Below, piece after piece: positions 59,885 through 64,000 of a DNA stretch of 64,000 bases. The notes under the pieces are model-generated. The model searched no databases and was not told where the DNA came from. It was given only the letters and a program-made list of their open reading frames with translations. Every line of letters starts with the position of its first letter. Position 1 is the first letter of the stretch. The stretch is from Octopus sinensis (Eukaryota), in the NCBI RefSeq assembly GCF_006345805.1, contig NC_042997.1, positions 107,942,001 through 108,006,000 on the forward strand, in the 5' to 3' direction. Position numbers and translations under genes: made by a program.

Positions 59885-60230
59885 ACAGTTACAGTCTCAC
59901 TTGGCTTGCTGGGTCTTCTCAAGCACAGCATATCTCCAAAGGTCTAGGTCACTTGTCATTGCCTTGGTGAGGTCCAACGTTCGAAGGTCGTGCTTCACCA
60001 CCTGATCCCAGGTCTTCCTGGGTCTACCTCTTCCACAGGTTCCCTCTACTGCTAGGGTGTGACACTTTTTCACACAGCTGTCCTCATCTATTTGCAATAC
60101 ATGACCATAACAGCACAGTCACCTCTCTTGCACATCACATCTGATGCTTCTTATGTCCAACTTTTCTCTCAGGGTGCTTACACTCTGTCGTCTATGCACA
60201 CTGACATTACAGATCCAGCCATGACTCACA
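59885..60230 (-). mobile_element. RTE-clade LINE 3' end
   Basis: VEGTCGRGRPRKTWDQVVKHDL...MTSDLDLWR. Confidence 0.75.
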
Positions 60231-62134
60231 GAAATAAGTTTGAGGGAATTTGCTTTGATCATGATTAAAAGGTGGTGTGGAGGAGGGAGGTGATTAACTC
60301 TGGATTATACCATTTTGAGGATCAGTCACATTGTTAGGATCAACTGATTAGGGGTGGTGGGTTCCCCATTTAGTTGTCGTGTGTAAGAGAGTTGGAATGG
60401 AAGTGAGACTAGGAAAAGTTTCGATGTGTTTGTGTGAAGTTGGAAGCAAACAATTGCATTATCTGTCAAGCTGGAAGATTCTGCAAATTAATTTAAAATC
60501 CTTTTGTTGAAGAAGCAAAAATTCTATTTGCAATGTGGCAGGCATCCATTTGTTTCTTAATGTATGTCTGGCAGTCATTGCAGTTGTGGATAACTGAGTG
60601 TCAGTTGGTGGTGTGCACAGCCTGGTAGTCGTGGGTCACTTCCTGTGGGTGGTCCAAGTTATATTGTACAAGTGCAGCATAACTTTAGGTAATGTAAGCT
60701 GAGGGAGACCAAGCTAATTTGGTCAATTACTCAGCTGTTGTAGACAGATCAAGATTGAAACCCATTTCTTGCAAAGACTTGTCCAAAGAAGAGCAGATAT
60801 GTGGACATAATGTGATGATGATGTTGTTGTTGTTGTAAGACTTGTCACGAAGAAAGGAAGTGATGTGAAAGTTGGAGATAAAAATTGAATATTATGCAGC
60901 ATGAAGTCATATGAGAGCAACTGGTTATGGGAAATATTGATGTTTCTAGGCATGGTGACTGTTCTAGATGATGCTTGTCTGATAAAGAGATGCTATGTTG
61001 AAGGGGCTCATGACAAAGAGACAAGGTGACATGGGGTCATTTGAGAATGATAATAACAACTGCAACCAACATGGAAAAAGCAGACATTGGAAAGGTTTTG
61101 GGCTATTTGCCACATATTGTATCTGTTTCTATTAATGACTTGGCCTCATCAACTAAAATTTAATTTAAAACAAAAAAAAAAAATTACATATCTGTCCCTG
61201 TTAATTGTTTTCAGCACCATTTTTCGATGTTCTTTTTGTTGTTTTTTTCCTTCAGTTGGTCGAACAGCTTTCTGAGTCTCTTTGGATGCAAATGTCCAGA
61301 GTTGTGTCGAACCACTACAACTGGAGCCTGACCTGCCACACTGATTCAATAAAACAACTCGGCACTGCACTGCTTGAAGATCTCTCAGTATCAAGTGAGT
61401 ATAAACATTTGGTAATAATAAATCTGGTTTTGACTGAAGAAAACCTCCCCAAAAATGGAACTTGAATGGAATTGTTGATTCAATTTATTTGTCTAAAGGC
61501 AACTTTGATTTCTTTTAAGACAGTTTTCAATAACATTCTGCTGTGGTAGATCTTTTGTGATTTTCTCATCTCTTGTGGATTGAGAACTACTCTATCTCAT
61601 CTCTTTGCAATATCTTCTGCATCATTGATTAATGTGGATCCATCTTTGGAATGGGGAGGAGCAATGGTTGATTGGTGAGGAGTAAATATTTGTTTTGATA
61701 AGCTGCAGATTATTCTGAAGTGTTTTTTAGTCAAAGACCTGTTGAATCATCATCATCAATTAATATCTGTTTTGCATGGGTTATACAGCTTGACCAGGGC
61801 TGGCAAGGCAGGGACCTGCCCCAGGTTCCATACTTTGTGTTGGTACAGCTGGATGTCCTCCTTAATGCCAATCACTTTACAGAGTGGACTGGGTGCTTTT
61901 TATGTGGCACCAGCACCAATGCGTTTTATATAGCACATGGTATATATTACACACACACACATTTAAAATTCTCATAATCATACATCCACTTTTTCATACC
62001 TCTTGATTGAACCACTCTTCTCCAGTTAAGTCTCTTTTCTTGCCATTTGTTAGAATTACTTGTCATTTCATTTGTGAGATTTTAAATATTGAGATAAACT
62101 TTCACCACTCCTCTGTGTGTGCATATATATATAT

Positions 62135-62904
62135 ATAAATATAAAATACATCAAGTACAGGACATCACCGATGAGTAAAGATTACGTGGACACATGAGTG
62201 TAAGTACATGACAAATTACTAAAAAATATACAATAAGAACAGGACATCACCAATGAATGAAGAATACGTAAACAGATAAGTATGAGACAAATTGCCAAAA
62301 GAAGTCTAACCCATCCTCGGTTGTCAACTGTTTATTACTCCTTATTTCGAGCTTTTAATGACAATATAGGAAAACTTCATAAACAGCAGTATCCAGAAAT
62401 TGTAGAAATATAAAATTTGTGGAAGGTTAGAGATTCGAATGAACAAACAATGACAGAGTGGACGTACAGAGTAAACAACGACAGAGTGGACGTACAGAGT
62501 AAACAACTGATGAAGACAAACAGTAAGGGCCATTAGGCCAAGACACATTGTAATGGGTAATGTATGGGAGAAATTTTGAAAGGATATAAAATAAATCCAA
62601 TGCGTCTTGGCCTAACAGCCTTTAATATTTGTCTTTGTTGATTGTTTACTCTGTACATCCACTCTGTCGTTGTTCGTTCGAAGCTCTAACTCTCCAGAAA
62701 TTTTATATTTTAAAAATTTCTGGAAGCTGCTGTTTATGAAGTTTTCCTCTATTGTCATTGAAAGCTCAAAATAGGTAGTAATTAAGTCGACAAATGAGGA
62801 GGGGTTAGACTTGTTTTGGTAATTTGTCCCGTACTCATCCCTCATCTGTTTACATAATTTTCACTCATTGGTGACATCCTGTACTTGATGTATTTTATAT
62901 TTAT
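62135..62904. mobile_element. About 770-bp fold-back (long-TIR MITE-like) element
   Basis: 62135-62546 is the imperfect reverse complement of about 62595-62904; the left arm carries internal duplications. Confidence 0.85.
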
Positions 62905-62955
62905 TTATAATTCAACTCCACACAGCCTTGTCCACAGTAAGTTTTTACTTATCTA

Positions 62956-62998
<43 letters not shown>

Positions 62999-63429
62999 CT
63001 CTCTCTCTTTCGGAGAGGCACTGAGCACCTACATGCACATATACACACATGGCAGTAACTTCTGCATATATATATATATATATGTGCTGTCAATATATCA
63101 TATATCCAAAAAGAAGCACACTCTAAAATATAGAGTAGAAAAGTATTAAAGTAATGAAGTTAATGTCTGGTTAAAGAGTGATCAAGGGTTTCACATTCAA
63201 GAAGGAAGGTGCAGCTTCACAGATGACTCAATCAGATTCTAGTCCAAAGAGAAATTTAACTCATCACCTTTGGGAGGTAGAAATCTGTTATGGTCATTGG
63301 TCATTTGGTCATCAGGGTATAACAAGTCCAGCGTTAATGAGCACAGCTTACCTCTCCTAGACCAGCTATTTGTGAACCTGGAGAGGGGAATAAGGGCTCT
63401 ATCCCTTGGGCTGCTATTGGATTTTAAAG

Positions 63430-64000
63430 ACTCTTCTGGGGCTTAGTTAGCAAACTGGGAACCTCATGCTTGCAGCAGGTAGTGCTTGAAATAATGGATG
63501 CATAGTGTGAAGATTTCAGCGACCCAGGTTTCAGAGTATCCTAGCTCGCTTAGCTGTGCAGAGCTGGCAGCATACACTCCTGTTGGTATAGGATCCCAGC
63601 CATTCTAAGATCTTCCACTTGATATTGTATGGGGTCCTTTCATCTTAGAGGTACCACACATGGCTGACCAGGGATGTGATAAATTGTCTTTCTGGGACCC
63701 TGAAGGAAGACCTGTAGTTGTACAAGTGTCGCTTGAATGCTGTACTGGCTGATCCAATGTATTTCCAGGCTTGGGTGCTGGTTGTGTTCACATTACTGGT
63801 GCATCTCCAGTTCGCTCTTGACCTTGGATGTTGTTGGGGTTGCCATCAGTGCTGTTATCATTATGATGTGTGGGTCCAGCAAAGCTGCTCTTGCTGTGGT
63901 TGTCATCATTGTGGTGGGTGTAGGGTTGGCACTATTGTTGCCGGTGATGATGTAGGTGCTGTCAGTGGTAATGTAGGGTGTGGGGCTTCGTTGGTGCTGG
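63430..64000 (-). mobile_element. Penelope-like element GIY-YIG endonuclease remnant
   Basis: Minus strand about 63803-63534: WKYIGSASTAFKRHLYNYRSSF...SLVSHVWYL*DERTPYNIKWKIL...YTNRSVCCQLCTAKRARIL, then CCKH. Confidence 0.75.

Noticed and set aside
58554-62000. Candidate third MEAK7 exon among short ORFs
   Set aside because: None combines good splice sites with similarity to the expected continuation; much of the region looks like decayed LINE sequence.

Overview
Eukaryotic, AT-rich, microsatellite- and retroposon-dense DNA. The SINE families and repeat load look like an Octopus (coleoid cephalopod) genome; this is recognition from memory, not a database result. I can support only one host gene: the first two coding exons of a probable MEAK7/TLDC1 ortholog on the + strand (52094-52228 and 56947-57222), which continues beyond the window. 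Most of the rest is transposon-derived. There are at least 15 pieces of R4/Dong-like non-LTR retrotransposons (RT plus restriction-like endonuclease). Most abut (TAA)n tracts in a consistent orientation, while one divergent lineage abuts (CATA)n instead. There is a full-length but disrupted Tx1/L1-like LINE (gag-like ORF1, APE-RT ORF2, 9-bp TSD) and a second decayed copy. Also present are a mariner and a deleted Tc1 with recognisable TIRs, a hAT MITE, Gypsy, RTE, CR1 and Penelope fragments, several tRNA-derived SINE families and three long fold-back elements. Most interesting: (1) the Tx1-like LINE's 3' end is shared with one tail type of a SINE, and the LINE sits at the predicted start site of a TATA/CCAAT promoter; (2) an apparent (CATA)n-targeting R4-like lineage; (3) head-to-tail stacking of several retroelement families in (TAA)n tracts; (4) a ~770-bp intronic fold-back that could form an ADAR substrate. 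Most listed ORFs are microsatellite artefacts or antisense to retroelement ORFs. No rRNA, true tRNA, snRNA or CRISPR was seen. Coordinates of decayed elements are approximate.
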